This document shows, one piece after another, positions 42,843-54,037 of a stretch of 64,000 bases of DNA (within the stretch, counting starts at the first letter, position 1; each line of letters begins with the position of its first letter). The translations under genes were made by a program, and so were the position numbers. The DNA is taken from positions 128,001 to 192,000 of the forward strand of contig CAWCNY010000005.1 of assembly GCA_963797095.1 (NCBI GenBank). Reading direction: 5' to 3'. This DNA comes from an uncultured Chloroflexia bacterium (GTDB lineage Bacteria; Chloroflexota; Chloroflexia; QHBQ01; JADMIH01). The notes beneath the pieces were generated by a model. The model did not search any database and was not told the origin of the DNA. It saw only the letters and a program-made list of their open reading frames with translations.

Positions 42843-44537
42843 TCATCCTCCTTGAAGCAGTTGCTCATAACGACGTAAGTCGATGGGCTGGCTGCCGATT
42901 TTGCCAATGGCTTGCAGGTGTGGGTGATCGGCCAGCCCTACCAGATCAAGACCTGCAAGCATGGTCAGCTCTGTTTCAGGCGTGGTGAGTTGCCTCAAAC
43001 AATGGGTAACTCCATCAAAATGAACACACCCATACGAAAGAGCCTGCCCAACTGCTCGCTCCACAAGCACAGCGGGATAATCCTGATGAAGTTGCAAGAT
43101 GCGGACAAACTCCTTCACTCCTCTGCCTTCCGGCCACTTCTCCCGTAACAGTTCCAACGCCTTCTCATATGTAGGTGGCCATTTGGCTCGCCACCGGCGC
43201 AATGGTTTGGCATAATCGAATGCCCCTGGCCGCTGAGCGAGCAAAGGCAGGTAATGCAGTGGCTCGAAGATATCCTGCTCTCGCTCGTAGCAGCGGGGAT
43301 GACGGGCAAGCAATCCTGGTAGGCCGGAGCGGCCGGGCTGGTCATGCGATTGATTACGTGGCTGGCCATCGTTGGGATTGGGGTTGGGATTGGGGTCGAA
43401 TATGTCCACATGGAAAGGGTAAGCCTTGACGATCACTTCTCGCCTTGCTCTCTCGACGGGCACCGAGTAGCGATTGGTCTCAAAGATCACCTGGCTGTAT
43501 GGAGTGAGATGTGCCGTGCTCGTCACGCAACATTCATATTGGTAGGAAGGTAGAGGACGCAGATGAGGTAGCTCCTGCTCCCAGGCTTCTTTGATGGTGG
43601 TGGGTTGGCGCGCAACCCGGCGCTGATCATCTCGCAGGCACTCGCTCAGAAGAAAGATGTTCAATGCTTCAAATGAGGCCACATCTGGGATAGGTACCAG
43701 GAAGTTGCGGCGGCTAAACCCTACGCTGTGTTCAACACCTCCCTTCTCATGCCCTTGTCCAGGCGTGCAGAAGTGGCTCTCGAACAGGTAATGACTACGA
43801 AAGGCTACGAATGCTCTCTGCTCTCGTCGTACTCGTCCTTCGATCAGGAGGCGCACCGAGCTGAAAGAGGCAACCGGATCCACCGCCGAGGCCAGGTTGT
43901 CGTAGCTGATACGTTGGGGAACTCCACCAAAGTGCTGGAAAGCTGCCACATGACCGGCAAAGAAGGCTTCTTGTTTCTGCGAGGGGTAGGCCATCACGAA
44001 GGATCGCCTTGAGTAGTTCAGACGCATGATGAACAACTGCACGGTTTGGCGCTCGCCACCGATGACGGCAACAGCTTCACCCCAGTCAACCTGGGCGTCC
44101 TTCCCAGGCTCGAACTCTAGTGGTATGAACAGGGGTGGTGCGTGATGGGCTTTGCGATATCTGCTCACGTGCAATCGCACGCGAGACTCGCTACCCTGGT
44201 AGCCTTCCTTGACCAAAAGTTCAAAGATCTTGCGAGCGGTGTAGCGTTGTTTGCGTGGGAGACGGTCGTTTTGCTGTAGGAGTTCGTCGACACGGGTCTG
44301 GAAAGAGCCGAACACCGGAGCGGGTCTAGGTTTGGTGCGCCGGTAAGTTGGGTAAGGGTACGGTTGGTAGAATTGGGACTGGGATGGGTCCTGAGCCTGG
44401 GCTTGGGCTTGGGCAATGGCTTTGTCAACAGTCTTGCGGGAGTGCCTTTGTTCTCGTGCGATCTGCCTGACACTCTTGTGTTCGAGGTAGAAGGCGCGGC
44501 GGATGGCTTCGTGTTGTTCCACGGTAATCATCTCCAC
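42843..44537 (-). CDS. istA: IS21 transposase IstA
   Basis: [34 protein letters not shown]. Confidence 0.93.
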   Translation of the reverse strand: MEMITVEQHEAIRRAFYLEHKSVRQIAREQRHSRKTVDKAIAQAQAQAQDPSQSQFYQPYPYPTYRRTKPRPAPVFGSFQTRVDELLQQNDRLPRKQRYTARKIFELLVKEGYQGSESRVRLHVSRYRKAHHAPPLFIPLEFEPGKDAQVDWGEAVAVIGGERQTVQLFIMRLNYSRRSFVMAYPSQKQEAFFAGHVAAFQHFGGVPQRISYDNLASAVDPVASFSSVRLLIEGRVRREQRAFVAFRSHYLFESHFCTPGQGHEKGGVEHSVGFSRRNFLVPIPDVASFEALNIFLLSECLRDDQRRVARQPTTIKEAWEQELPHLRPLPSYQYECCVTSTAHLTPYSQVIFETNRYSVPVERARREVIVKAYPFHVDIFDPNPNPNPNDGQPRNQSHDQPGRSGLPGLLARHPRCYEREQDIFEPLHYLPLLAQRPGAFDYAKPLRRWRAKWPPTYEKALELLREKWPEGRGVKEFVRILQLHQDYPAVLVERAVGQALSYGCVHFDGVTHCLRQLTTPETELTMLAGLDLVGLADHPHLQAIGKIGSQPIDLRRYEQLLQGG

Positions 44538-44704
44538 CTCTCTTTGCTATCGTATCGTTTGCGGTCTAACGGTCTAGCCGAGTAACCGAAAGGCAACATC
44601 TTTGCCTTGTCCCAACGATAGCAAAGAGAGAGCTAAGTGGCTCCCTTTTTGACTGTCAAGATTTCATCGAATGGCTCCCTTTTACATTAGCAGAAACATT
44701 CAAG

Positions 44705-45679
44705 AGTGGTGGAGGCCCCTATGGCTCTCCCAAGGGTTCTATATTGGGCCCCTCGGGCGGCGGTAGAGCCTTCTATGTACCGGACCCGATCTGGCAGAAG
44801 TTCATCGATAAAGGAGGTCCAACACGCAGTGGGCCTGGACTTCCCTTCAGTACGGACCCTTATCCTTTGAACTGGAGGGCAGTACATTCGTGGAATCCTG
44901 TGAGAGGCGTGCGGGGCGTGCAGTACCACTATCCGAGCAGTGGTACAGGCCCAGGTGTGGTGAACTTCCAGAACGGCGCGATCACTAATAATAGCTACGA
45001 GGGTACCGTCTTCCTGCCAAACTGCAATGCTGTCGATTTGGTCGTGTACAATCCACCGCATTGGGCACGTGACTTCGCTCTTGGAATGATCAAGCGGTTT
45101 GCTGTCAGCAACGAACCATATTCCAATGGTGCAATCAATCTAGACAACTATCCATTTCGTACTGTGGAACAGCCCGCGACCAGGGCACAAGTAGCACAGA
45201 GCCTAATGCTCGCTGAGGGCTATGCCCCGTACAGCGGTCCTGACCTGTTCACAGACATAGCCAGCCATTGGGGTAGGCAGTGGATAAACATGGCTGCAAG
45301 AGAAGGCACCATCAATGGCTATCCGGACGGCACGTTCCGTCCAAACAATACCGTGACGCGTGGCCAGTTCTCCCAAATGGTCGTACTCGCTCGCAGGCCG
45401 AATTGGCCCATCACTACCCCACCGGCTACACACTTTGACAACCCTGGTTGCCCCAACGGGTATCGCAGTTTCGCTGATATCTGCTATGGCAGCACTTTCT
45501 ATACATACATAGAGATCGCCAAGGATCACGGTCTCATCAGTGGCTATGCATGCGGTGGTCCCGGTGAGCCGTGCCTGCCAAGCCACGCGCCCTACTTCAG
45601 ACAGAATGCTTCGCTTTCCCGCGGGCACATAATGAAGATGATAGACCTAGCGGTCCCACCCTCTGGTGTCTGCTGGTAA
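44705..45679 (+). pseudogene. 3' part of the amidase gene: LGFP-like repeats plus SLH domains
   Basis: In frame with ...QEFK after TSD removal; IWQKFIDKGG..GLP, NFQNGAI; FTDI..HWG..INGYPDGTFRP..TRGQF. Confidence 0.85.
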
Positions 45680-45808
45680 GCGATAACCAGAGGGAGTGCG
45701 TCGAGAATAAGAATAACTGAAGCGAGCCAGGAGAGGAAGACAGGTTCACCTGGCTCGCCCTTACATGGTACACACTCAACCAAGAGCCGCCAGGTATCGT
45801 AGTATGAC

Positions 45809-47665
45809 CTAGCGTTGGCTTGATTGAGCTATTGCTTGGAATGATTGAGCTATTGCTTGGAATACTATTTTTGAAACCTGTGCTCTAGTTGCAGGGCCCA
45901 TGGGGCGGAAAGTGCCATCCTGATAGCCTGAGATCACCCCATGATTGTAAGCCGTTTCCACATAAGTGTAGAAGGTGCTTTCAGGGACAACATCGGAGAA
46001 ATGCGGTCCGCCTTGTGTGTTTATCACCCACTCTTCAGCCAGAACCACAATCTTACACACCTGACTTCTTGCCGCGTCGTCGGCAGGGCGGAAAGTGCCA
46101 TCCGGGTAGCCTGAGATCACCCCATGATTGTAAGCCGTTTCTATATAGATATAGAACGGGTGACTAACGGGCACATCGGAGAAATGTTGTTGTAGTTGCG
46201 TGTCAATGGGCCAGCCTTTGCTCAATACCACAACCTTGGCTAGCTGGCCGCGCGTGGTAGTGTTGGCGGGGCGAAAGGTGCCGTCCGGATAGCCAATCAT
46301 AACCCCATGACAGGCAAGATACTGGGCTGCATCGTAGAAGTAGCTTCCGGGAAGAACATCGAAGAAATGAGGCGTGCGTTGCCCAACATACCGCTCAATT
46401 AGCGATCCTGAGGGAGATACCGATGGGGTGTTGTAACTCCCCACGGCCCATACCATGTCCTTTGATAGCGCGAGGACGGCCATTAGCTGATTTTCGATAG
46501 TGCCTACACTGGGGCTGGGCACAATATTCCACTGGCTGCCATTCCAATGCATTACGATTACCTGTTCTGCATAATAGGGCGCATAAGCTCCCACAGCCCA
46601 CACATCATCGGACGCGGTGGCTGAGACCCCGTAGAGGCGGGTTTCCGTGCCAAAGTTAGGGCTGAGCACAACGCTCCATAATGTGCCGTCCCAATGCATA
46701 ATCAGCCCTTTTTGCACTTGGTCATATCGACCTTGGAATCCAACAGCCCACACGTCATCCGAAGCAAGAGCGAAAACTCCTCGCAAATCGTTGAGATCAC
46801 TATCGGGGTTAGGACTATCGATCTGTACCCAACTCTTGCCGTCCCAATGCACGACAAACGTTTGATCATGACCAGTATCATCGAAGTTATAACCCACAGC
46901 CCATATGTCACTCGGTGAAATTATGGATACGGAGTTCAGTTGGTTGTACAGATTGGGACTTGGAGAAGGGTGCTGGAGCCAGTGGTTACCATCCCAATGT
47001 TCAATCAGAGTTTGATTACCATTGTCGCTTTGATAATAGCCAACTGCCCACACATCGTCAGAAGTGACCGCGCCGACACCAATGAGAAAGTTCGAGCTAC
47101 CTGGATTTGGGCTAGGAACTATGGTCCACTGGTTACCGTCCCAGTGCTCAATGAGAGTCTGTTCCTGGTATAAGCGGCCAAAATATCCCACAGCCCATAC
47201 ATTGTCAGAGGCAATGGCTGCCACACCTGAAAGCTTATTCGTCTGGAGGCCGTTTGGGCTTGGAACCTGAGTCCACCTCATGCCATCCCAGTGTACAGAA
47301 AGCGTTTCTATGCTACCGTATCCCCAGGTATTGCCGACAGCCCATATATCCTGCGTGGAGATCGCCGCAATCCCCGACAGCGCATTGTAAATAGCACCTG
47401 GACTAGGGCTAGACACGACCTCCCAAGGTATGCAGCCCCTAATTGATGGTGGGGCTACAACATGTGAAAGCGGTGAGCGGCCAGTTGAAGGAGCTAAATA
47501 CTTCTTTGCTTCCGAAGTTGCGAGCTGACGCTCATTCGCAGAAGCAGTAGCAACAACCCTATTCGATTGTTCTGCCGGGTTAGCGCCGGCAATTCCGTTA
47601 GTACAAATAAACACGAAGAGGAGCGATGCCCAAACATACACTATAGCATTTATGGCATTTCTCAT
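45809..47665 (-). CDS. secreted repeat (beta-propeller-like) protein with three SLH domains
   Basis: Signal peptide; about 7 repeats of DVWAVG...IEHWDG.W...SPN; three SLH repeats. Confidence 0.88.
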   Translation of the reverse strand: MRNAINAIVYVWASLLFVFICTNGIAGANPAEQSNRVVATASANERQLATSEAKKYLAPSTGRSPLSHVVAPPSIRGCIPWEVVSSPSPGAIYNALSGIAAISTQDIWAVGNTWGYGSIETLSVHWDGMRWTQVPSPNGLQTNKLSGVAAIASDNVWAVGYFGRLYQEQTLIEHWDGNQWTIVPSPNPGSSNFLIGVGAVTSDDVWAVGYYQSDNGNQTLIEHWDGNHWLQHPSPSPNLYNQLNSVSIISPSDIWAVGYNFDDTGHDQTFVVHWDGKSWVQIDSPNPDSDLNDLRGVFALASDDVWAVGFQGRYDQVQKGLIMHWDGTLWSVVLSPNFGTETRLYGVSATASDDVWAVGAYAPYYAEQVIVMHWNGSQWNIVPSPSVGTIENQLMAVLALSKDMVWAVGSYNTPSVSPSGSLIERYVGQRTPHFFDVLPGSYFYDAAQYLACHGVMIGYPDGTFRPANTTTRGQLAKVVVLSKGWPIDTQLQQHFSDVPVSHPFYIYIETAYNHGVISGYPDGTFRPADDAARSQVCKIVVLAEEWVINTQGGPHFSDVVPESTFYTYVETAYNHGVISGYQDGTFRPMGPATRAQVSKIVFQAIAQSFQAIAQSSQR

Positions 47666-47773
47666 GGAAGCCTCCTGGAGAACACGTAAGCAAGTAGGTA
47701 TGTTCTAAGTTCTGGTGATAGGTTACATCTTACTGGATAACCAGACTGATTGGAGCGTGAAGCAGTCGGTTAG

Positions 47774-48794
47774 GGAAGTGTCAGAAGTGAGGGCTCGCAA
47801 TCTCCCCAGCCATGTCCAATCCGTCTCAGCCAAGCCTCAACCCTGGCTTTCGTCTGCCTTCAGGCTGCCATTAGCATGTTTTACAGGGCACCAAATCGCC
47901 TCAGGAACAGCTGCCGTTGCTCCGATAGGGATAACTTTTCCCTCGACTTGCTACGATAGCGGAAATACTGCCGCTGCTCGCCGTACGCACTGCAGAACCG
48001 GGATGCCGAATCGAAACTACCAAATCCTCTCATTGACTAATATCGCTGCTTGATGCCCCGCTTGATGCCCCGATGATCCTGCTCCATACGGTTATTCAAA
48101 TAGCGATTTGTGCGGTGAACCACTTTCCGGCTAAGTATTCGACGTATGGCTCTTGGATAAGCATTATGCCCGTCTGTGGTCACCAGATCCGGGCGGCAAC
48201 CGGTCACTTCTTTGACCCCTTGAAGAAGCGCTTGGCTGCACCCATGTCCCGCCTCTTGGAGAGCATAGAGTCCACCAAATTGCCGTCCATATCTATGGCG
48301 CTGCACAGATAGCGCCACTTACCACCACCTTGACACAGCTCTCATCAATATACCACGAGCGGCCAGCCTTGCCCCTGCATTTGGGTCGGAGCAGTTATGT
48401 GAGCAAGGGGGCGAAGCGTGCTTCCCAGTCCCTCACCACCTCGTGAGTGAATTCGAACCCGTGGTCCAAGAACATTTCTGCCAGGTCCCTCAGGCTGAGC
48501 TTGTATCGCAATCTCCTCAAGACAACAAGTAGTACAAGGTCGGTTGGAAACTGCAGGTGGTTGAATTGAGTACCAGTGCGCTCATTGAAGACGCGAGTGC
48601 ATACTCTGCAACGGAACACGTTGTAGCCGAGGGAGATTTTCCTGGAGAGAAGGGTAGTGAAAGAGGAGGAGGAGCAGTGAGGGCAATTCATCGGCAGTCC
48701 TTGGGTATTCTTTGCTAGGAGATGGATAGAGTAGGGTAAGCATACCCCATAATCGTCATCATCGCTACCGCCTGTTCTCATTTCTGACCCTTCC
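47774..48794 (-). mobile_element. IS6-family element with degenerate transposase (47860-48691)
   Basis: IRs GGAAGTGTCAGAAGTGAG / GGAAGGGTCAGAAATGAG; MNCPHC, RYKLSLRDLAEM, TTDG, NNRMEQDHRGIK, MRGFGSF with stops and frameshifts; no TSD. Confidence 0.82.
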
Positions 48795-49225
48795 CCCACA
48801 GTGGGCTCGAGTATATCTCCTCCACTAGTTGGGCGCAATTTGTGCCTGCTATTGGCAGAGAGTAGGACACGAAGTGTGGAAAAATACTAAAGTGCCACTG
48901 CCAAGATGCGATAAGGAACTCTTGATTCGAAACACGGCGATATTCATGGCAAGCTATGTGATTGTATGGCATTCCGAGGAGCAATTGGCCCTGCCACTAG
49001 TGGCAGATTCATTGCATGTACCACATGTATGTTGTCTCCAGCATTGTCCACCTGGTGATATTCGTTGTCAAATGGGTAAAGCTAAAGCGTAAAAATATTA
49101 ACACCATGTCAACTTATTCTTTACCGGCGTTTCAACCTCCAAATGCTAAAGTTGTGATGCAATGGCTTATTGTCACCACAAAGCGGACGTTCCGCGCCAT
49201 GGGAGTTTCAACGAGGAGGTTAATC

Positions 49226-50638
49226 ATGGTAAAGCTTAGAAATATGAAGCGGTATGTCGGGATCTTGCTGACCTTGATAGCAACGGTTCTTGTAGTGTGG
49301 CTTTTGATCGGGCTGACATTTCCACCAAACCGAAATCCGATCAGGGCGGTGAGCGCACAAACAGGAGCAGACATGTTATTTGCGCAGGTGCCGCCACCTC
49401 CTGTCGAGACAGGAGTACCAACCTTCGTACCATTTTCTTCTCCCACTCCGGTTGCTACATACACTACTGAACCGGATCCTCCGCTCGCCCAGCCGCCTGT
49501 GGCGGTCAGCCTACCAAGGGGCGCCCATCCAGCACCGAACATAGCTTGGGCCATCCAAACCAGAAACACCCTGGCTATTTGGATAGGGACATATGCCGAA
49601 GTTGGGTCGCCTAGGGTTCAGGATCCTAGACCAATAGTGCGATGGAATGCTCCGCTTGAAGTCATTGATCTGGTGCCATCACCAGACGGCCAGGCACTTG
49701 CTGTTCTGGCCTATGATCGCCAAGCCAGAGAAACCGGAGATATGCTGCCAAATTGGCTTTGGACTGTGGATCTCAACACGAATGCTGTACAATCTCTGCC
49801 CGATTATACGCATTACGATCTGTACAAATGGTATTACTTTGGTTCGCCCGGTCGTATCCTTGGCTGGATCGATGTGAATCGTCTAGCAGTTCAGCGAACG
49901 GGTGGCTTCCCTGTAATTGCACGCCGGGATGGAACTTCCTATGATGAGGTTACATTCCCACAAGGCGGAGTTGGGCAGGTGGCACTCTCCCCGGATCGTA
50001 CGACGTTTTTCGCGGACGCTTTCAGCAGAGACACCTATGAATACGGCTTATGGTTGAACAACATTGACGGCAGCAATCCGCGCTTGTTGGTGGATGAGGC
50101 TCATGTTCGCCCCGTGGACAATCCTCAATGGTCACCAAATGGTAGATACGTCAGTTTCGGAACTCCTAAGCAGGCCACAATCCCTGATGGCAGCAAACAG
50201 GTCGTACAAGGCTATCGGAGTATCTGCCTGCTAGATGTGTCGACCCACACACTTTCAATTCTGGGCAATGAGGACAGTTGGGATGCTTCTCCGCAATGGT
50301 CTAGTGATAGCTCAACACTTGCGTTCCTACGTGCTCCGGCCCCAGTCGCCAATGACGGTGAGGCCTACTATGGCGCATATGAGAAGGTGAGTACCCACCT
50401 CTATTCAGTAGATGTGCGCGACCCTCAATTGCAGGCCAGGCAGTTGCTTCCACGCGCAGGCAACACCAGTATTCTCAAGTGGATACCCGACGCTGGGCTC
50501 TTGTTAGCTTCGACATTGGACGCACCCGACAACCAGCCAAGGATGGCCCTCTTCTCACTCGGATCAGGTAACCTAATCTCGTTGCTAGAGCGCACACAGG
50601 GTGAGACTATGGTACATCCGGTCTACATCTCTCGTTAG
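49226..50638 (+). CDS. membrane-anchored TolB/WD40-like beta-propeller protein
   Basis: GGAGG RBS, N-terminal TM, Pro/Thr linker, PSPDG, LSPDR, PQWSPNG, PQWSSDS repeats. Confidence 0.82.
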   Translation: MVKLRNMKRYVGILLTLIATVLVVWLLIGLTFPPNRNPIRAVSAQTGADMLFAQVPPPPVETGVPTFVPFSSPTPVATYTTEPDPPLAQPPVAVSLPRGAHPAPNIAWAIQTRNTLAIWIGTYAEVGSPRVQDPRPIVRWNAPLEVIDLVPSPDGQALAVLAYDRQARETGDMLPNWLWTVDLNTNAVQSLPDYTHYDLYKWYYFGSPGRILGWIDVNRLAVQRTGGFPVIARRDGTSYDEVTFPQGGVGQVALSPDRTTFFADAFSRDTYEYGLWLNNIDGSNPRLLVDEAHVRPVDNPQWSPNGRYVSFGTPKQATIPDGSKQVVQGYRSICLLDVSTHTLSILGNEDSWDASPQWSSDSSTLAFLRAPAPVANDGEAYYGAYEKVSTHLYSVDVRDPQLQARQLLPRAGNTSILKWIPDAGLLLASTLDAPDNQPRMALFSLGSGNLISLLERTQGETMVHPVYISR

Positions 50639-50705
50639 CAGCTCCTTCTTTGAGGTTCTATCAAGTATTAATCAAGACATACATGAGCAGTGTCTAGGAG
50701 GATTA

Positions 50706-52556
50706 ATGATATGAAGAGTTCGAACTCTTCTGCGTACCTTGCTCGTCTCAGCTGTCGCTGCTGCCATGTTCCAACTTCCAGTTGTGAATACTTTAGTAGA
50801 TGGCGACCCTACGGCCCAGGCAAGCGGGTTTGTGAGTCCTGTTACGATGCAGGCCCAACGCACCAATGAAAGTAGTGCAAAACCATCCAATCCAGAAGCC
50901 AGTAGTAGCCAAGACATACCTGACAGTGAATTCTTCCTACTCAGCTTCCCACTCTCTTCAAGATGGTATGTGTGGCGAATGCCCTCCGACCAGTGGACTT
51001 ACCAAATCTATACCTCAATGGTCGACCATAACCCCCCCTTCTATAGTGGCAACTCCACTCTTGAACCTTACACTGGTGAGTATGGTCCAACGTCTGGAGC
51101 ACCTCTTGCGAACAGTTGTGGAGATCTGCACTGGACGCATAGAGGTTACTGCTATGATGGCCATCCAGGTTTGGACCTAGCAGTAGTGGAATATACCCCG
51201 GTCTATGCTTCACATAGCGGGCGAGTGATCAGGGCTAGTGACATAGCTGATGGCTATGGTGTCACGGTGCTGCTTCGGGATGAAACCAACCCGAGCTATA
51301 TAACCCGCTACTCGCACTTCTTTGACGCTTCCGTGGTCGTGGGTGCGCATGTTGCTCGTGGTCAACAGATAGGTAGAAGTGGACACTCCGGAAGTGGCAC
51401 CGGCCAACATCTGCACTTTGGACTCTACTACGACAGTACCTGGAACAACAATGATCCCCACGATTGGGTTGGGCAGGTAGTCGACCCCTATGGCTGGTTC
51501 TCGTTGAGGCCCAATGGTTTAGGTGCTCCGGTGAATGACAATAAATGGGCAGGGGGCTATTCCTCGCAAGGAGCCACAAACGAACCGCCGTCAATCAACT
51601 TTAACGATGGTACGCTACAAGGCCACCAATATAGAAGCAAGTCTCTCATCTGGTCGGGTGTCCACAAAGTAGGTGCGTCAGGTCCGGACGAAATTGAGGA
51701 ATGGTGGGCCAACACTTATGGAGCAGCCGGACCACCTCTCAATGACAAATACAATCCTAAAGGCCAGACCTATTGGTGCCAGGACTTTGAAGGTGGAAAG
51801 TACTGCACTAATGGTATTGGCTACCAACCTTACTATGCCTTCACCGACGTGCCTATATCCCAGTGGGCACATCGCGACATTGAATGGGCGAAGCGCGAAG
51901 GTATATCGGATGGATATACAGACCCCTCTCGGTGTCCAAATGGTATACCATGCTTCCGCCCATACGATTTCGTATCAAGGGGGCAGATATCGAAGATGAT
52001 CGTGAACGCCTTCAGCTTCCCCATCAGTACGTCAGGTGGTCCACATTTTGCAGATGTTCCGGTGGGATCTACCTTCTACGACTACATCGAGACTCTTTAC
52101 AATCGGATTGTCGACAGCCAGAGAATAATCTCAGGCTATCCAGGCGATCCAAACCATTGGAATGCATGTCTTAGTCCTCCTGCATACGAGATGTCGGGCC
52201 TCACGTACTTCAGGTGGTGCGAGAACGTCAAACGTGGGCAGATGGCGAAGTTTACCGCCATGTCAATGGTAAGTAAGCTCTGGCTTACTCACGGCCTTGA
52301 TGCGACAACGCTCGGATCCGATCATGGCGCTGATTACTTTGACGTGCCAAGTTACGATACCTACTTCCGCGTTGTTAGGACCTTGCAGGATATTGGCGTC
52401 GTTCAATACCATCGAGCCGATGGTGATCCAGGTTGTACCAGTTACGGCTTTACATCTGAGCAATGCCAGTCTCTGGGGCATTTCTATACCTACTGGGATG
52501 CAACCCGCGCACAAGTGGCTCAGATTCTTCACGAAGCCATTTACTCTGTTCCATAA
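50706..52556 (+). pseudogene. secreted M23 peptidase + LGFP-like + SLH protein; TGA at codon 3 after the best RBS
   Basis: AGGAGG-ATG ATA TGA AGA GTT CGA... continues in frame into a signal peptide; GHPGLD, YSHF, GQQIGRSG..HLHFG; SLH repeats. Confidence 0.75.
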
Positions 52557-52569
52557 GCAACGTTTTACG

Positions 52570-52619
52570 TCTTGCGTCGATGCTATGTCTGGCGCGCCAG
52601 ACATAGCATCGACGCAAGA
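52570..52619. repeat. 50-bp perfect, loopless palindrome
   Basis: TCTTGCGTCGATGCTATGTCTGGCG|CGCCAGACATAGCATCGACGCAAGA. Confidence 0.95.
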
Positions 52620-52786
52620 TTTGCGGAGATATGATGCCAAGCCAAATACCAACCAAGCAGACATCGACTGTTTCCACCTGTGCCTTAACCACTCCTTCGA
52701 CATGATAGATGGGAAAGCATTGGAATTGATGGCCGTTTTGTGCTTCTGTGATATTGTCTCACGCGCTACCAACAAAGGAGGATAAA

Positions 52787-53626
52787 ATGCTTAAGAAATC
52801 ACTGCCACTCGTTCTCATTTCTGCGATCGCGATTGTACTCATTACTACCTATCAGCCAATGTCTCTCGTTCAGTCAATTACCAAAAGTCAACCGGAACAG
52901 GTGCAAAGTACAGACACCGCAACATGTCAACGCTTCAACGAGACTGGTTTCCAAGTGTGTGGGAGGCTATTAGCTTATTGGTATAAGTATGGCGGGCTAC
53001 AGCAGTTCGGTTATCCGGTCAGCGAACCTTTCAAAGAGATCTCCGAAGTGGATGGAGAGGAGCATACTGTACAATACTTCGAGCGTGCAGTATTCGAGTT
53101 ACATCCCAAGAACCAGCCACCTTATGACTTATTGCTCTCCCAGTTGGGAAGACAGAAGTACCAGCAAAAATATCCGTCCGGCACCTCAGGTACTGAATGG
53201 ACAGGAGATCCACAACCAGATCTCAACATAAGCAAGCAATTACGCACCGGAATCAATATCAAGCTGATACGGGCAGAGCAAGGCGCAATAACTGGATTAT
53301 ACTCTGGATACTGTGGGCTCCAGATGACGTGGGTACTGCAAATCGAAAACACAGGCAACACACCCTTTGATGCAGAACTGGATACGGGAAATCTGAGGAT
53401 GGCAGACAGCACTGGCAAGAGCTATTCCCCCACTCGTGAGTGTGGCGGAAGCTCTGTTACTCCTTATAGTGGGTCATTTGCGCAACCTACTCGTATGATG
53501 CCCGGTGACATCCTGAGAGGTACGATAGCTTTCAATGCTAGTGACATTCCGTTGAGCGCATCCTACTTTCAAATCAGAGTCAACTTCTCAGGTATGCCAG
53601 TTGAGTTTCGGTATATGCTACCATAG
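52787..53626 (+). CDS. secreted protein with Chloroflexi-type F.ETG/QYFER repeat and C-terminal Ig-like domain
   Basis: Signal peptide; RFNETGFQVCGRLLAYW..GGLQQFGYPVSE..VQYFERAVFELHP; AAGGAGG RBS. Confidence 0.8.
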   Translation: MLKKSLPLVLISAIAIVLITTYQPMSLVQSITKSQPEQVQSTDTATCQRFNETGFQVCGRLLAYWYKYGGLQQFGYPVSEPFKEISEVDGEEHTVQYFERAVFELHPKNQPPYDLLLSQLGRQKYQQKYPSGTSGTEWTGDPQPDLNISKQLRTGINIKLIRAEQGAITGLYSGYCGLQMTWVLQIENTGNTPFDAELDTGNLRMADSTGKSYSPTRECGGSSVTPYSGSFAQPTRMMPGDILRGTIAFNASDIPLSASYFQIRVNFSGMPVEFRYMLP

Positions 53627-53861
53627 CTACCAGGATAACCCAGATGAGCATAATATCAACAAGTCTGGCAATGCAGTGATTATATGAAACGGATGTGGAT
53701 GAAAGGCTCGACATTTCGGCCCTACTCCAACCATGTCAGCCCACAATCCCTGAAAACTCTACTCTTGGTTGAGCCCATTCAAAACCGGGGGCGGGAGGAC
53801 AGGCGTACAACACTTACGCTGCGCATTGCTGATCCTCTACCTTTGGTGGCGCTGCCATACC

Positions 53862-54037
53862 AAGCCAAAAGAGAAGGTGACATTGTCTGAACAACGGCGA
53901 ATGTTCAGGCAGAGATTTGGTGCCCTGCAATACCTGTTGATGGCGACCTAAGGGCACATACTGGTTGTAGTACAGCCATGGCTAAGGCGCCCAAGACGCG
54001 ACAGAGGGGATGGCGAGTTCCCAGTCCTGACACTTCC
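53862..54037 (+). mobile_element. IS6 3' remnant
   Basis: LSEQRRMFRQRFGALQYLLMAT* matches the C-terminus of the 47.8-kb IS6; ends in IR CTGACACTTCC. Confidence 0.75.

Larger units (their letters stand above)
39305..44698 (-). mobile_element. IS21-family element with passenger genes
   Basis: TG...CA ends with IR TGTTTYTG..AAAAGGGAGCCATT, internal AAAAGGGRGCCA repeats (4 left, 2 right), 6-bp TSD TTCAAG (39299-39304, 44699-44704), istA/istB. Confidence 0.92.

Noticed and set aside
50712-50714. Selenocysteine recoding of the M23 TGA
   Set aside because: It lies in a signal-peptide n-region, not a redox motif, with no convincing SECIS; an Arg codon mutation is simpler.
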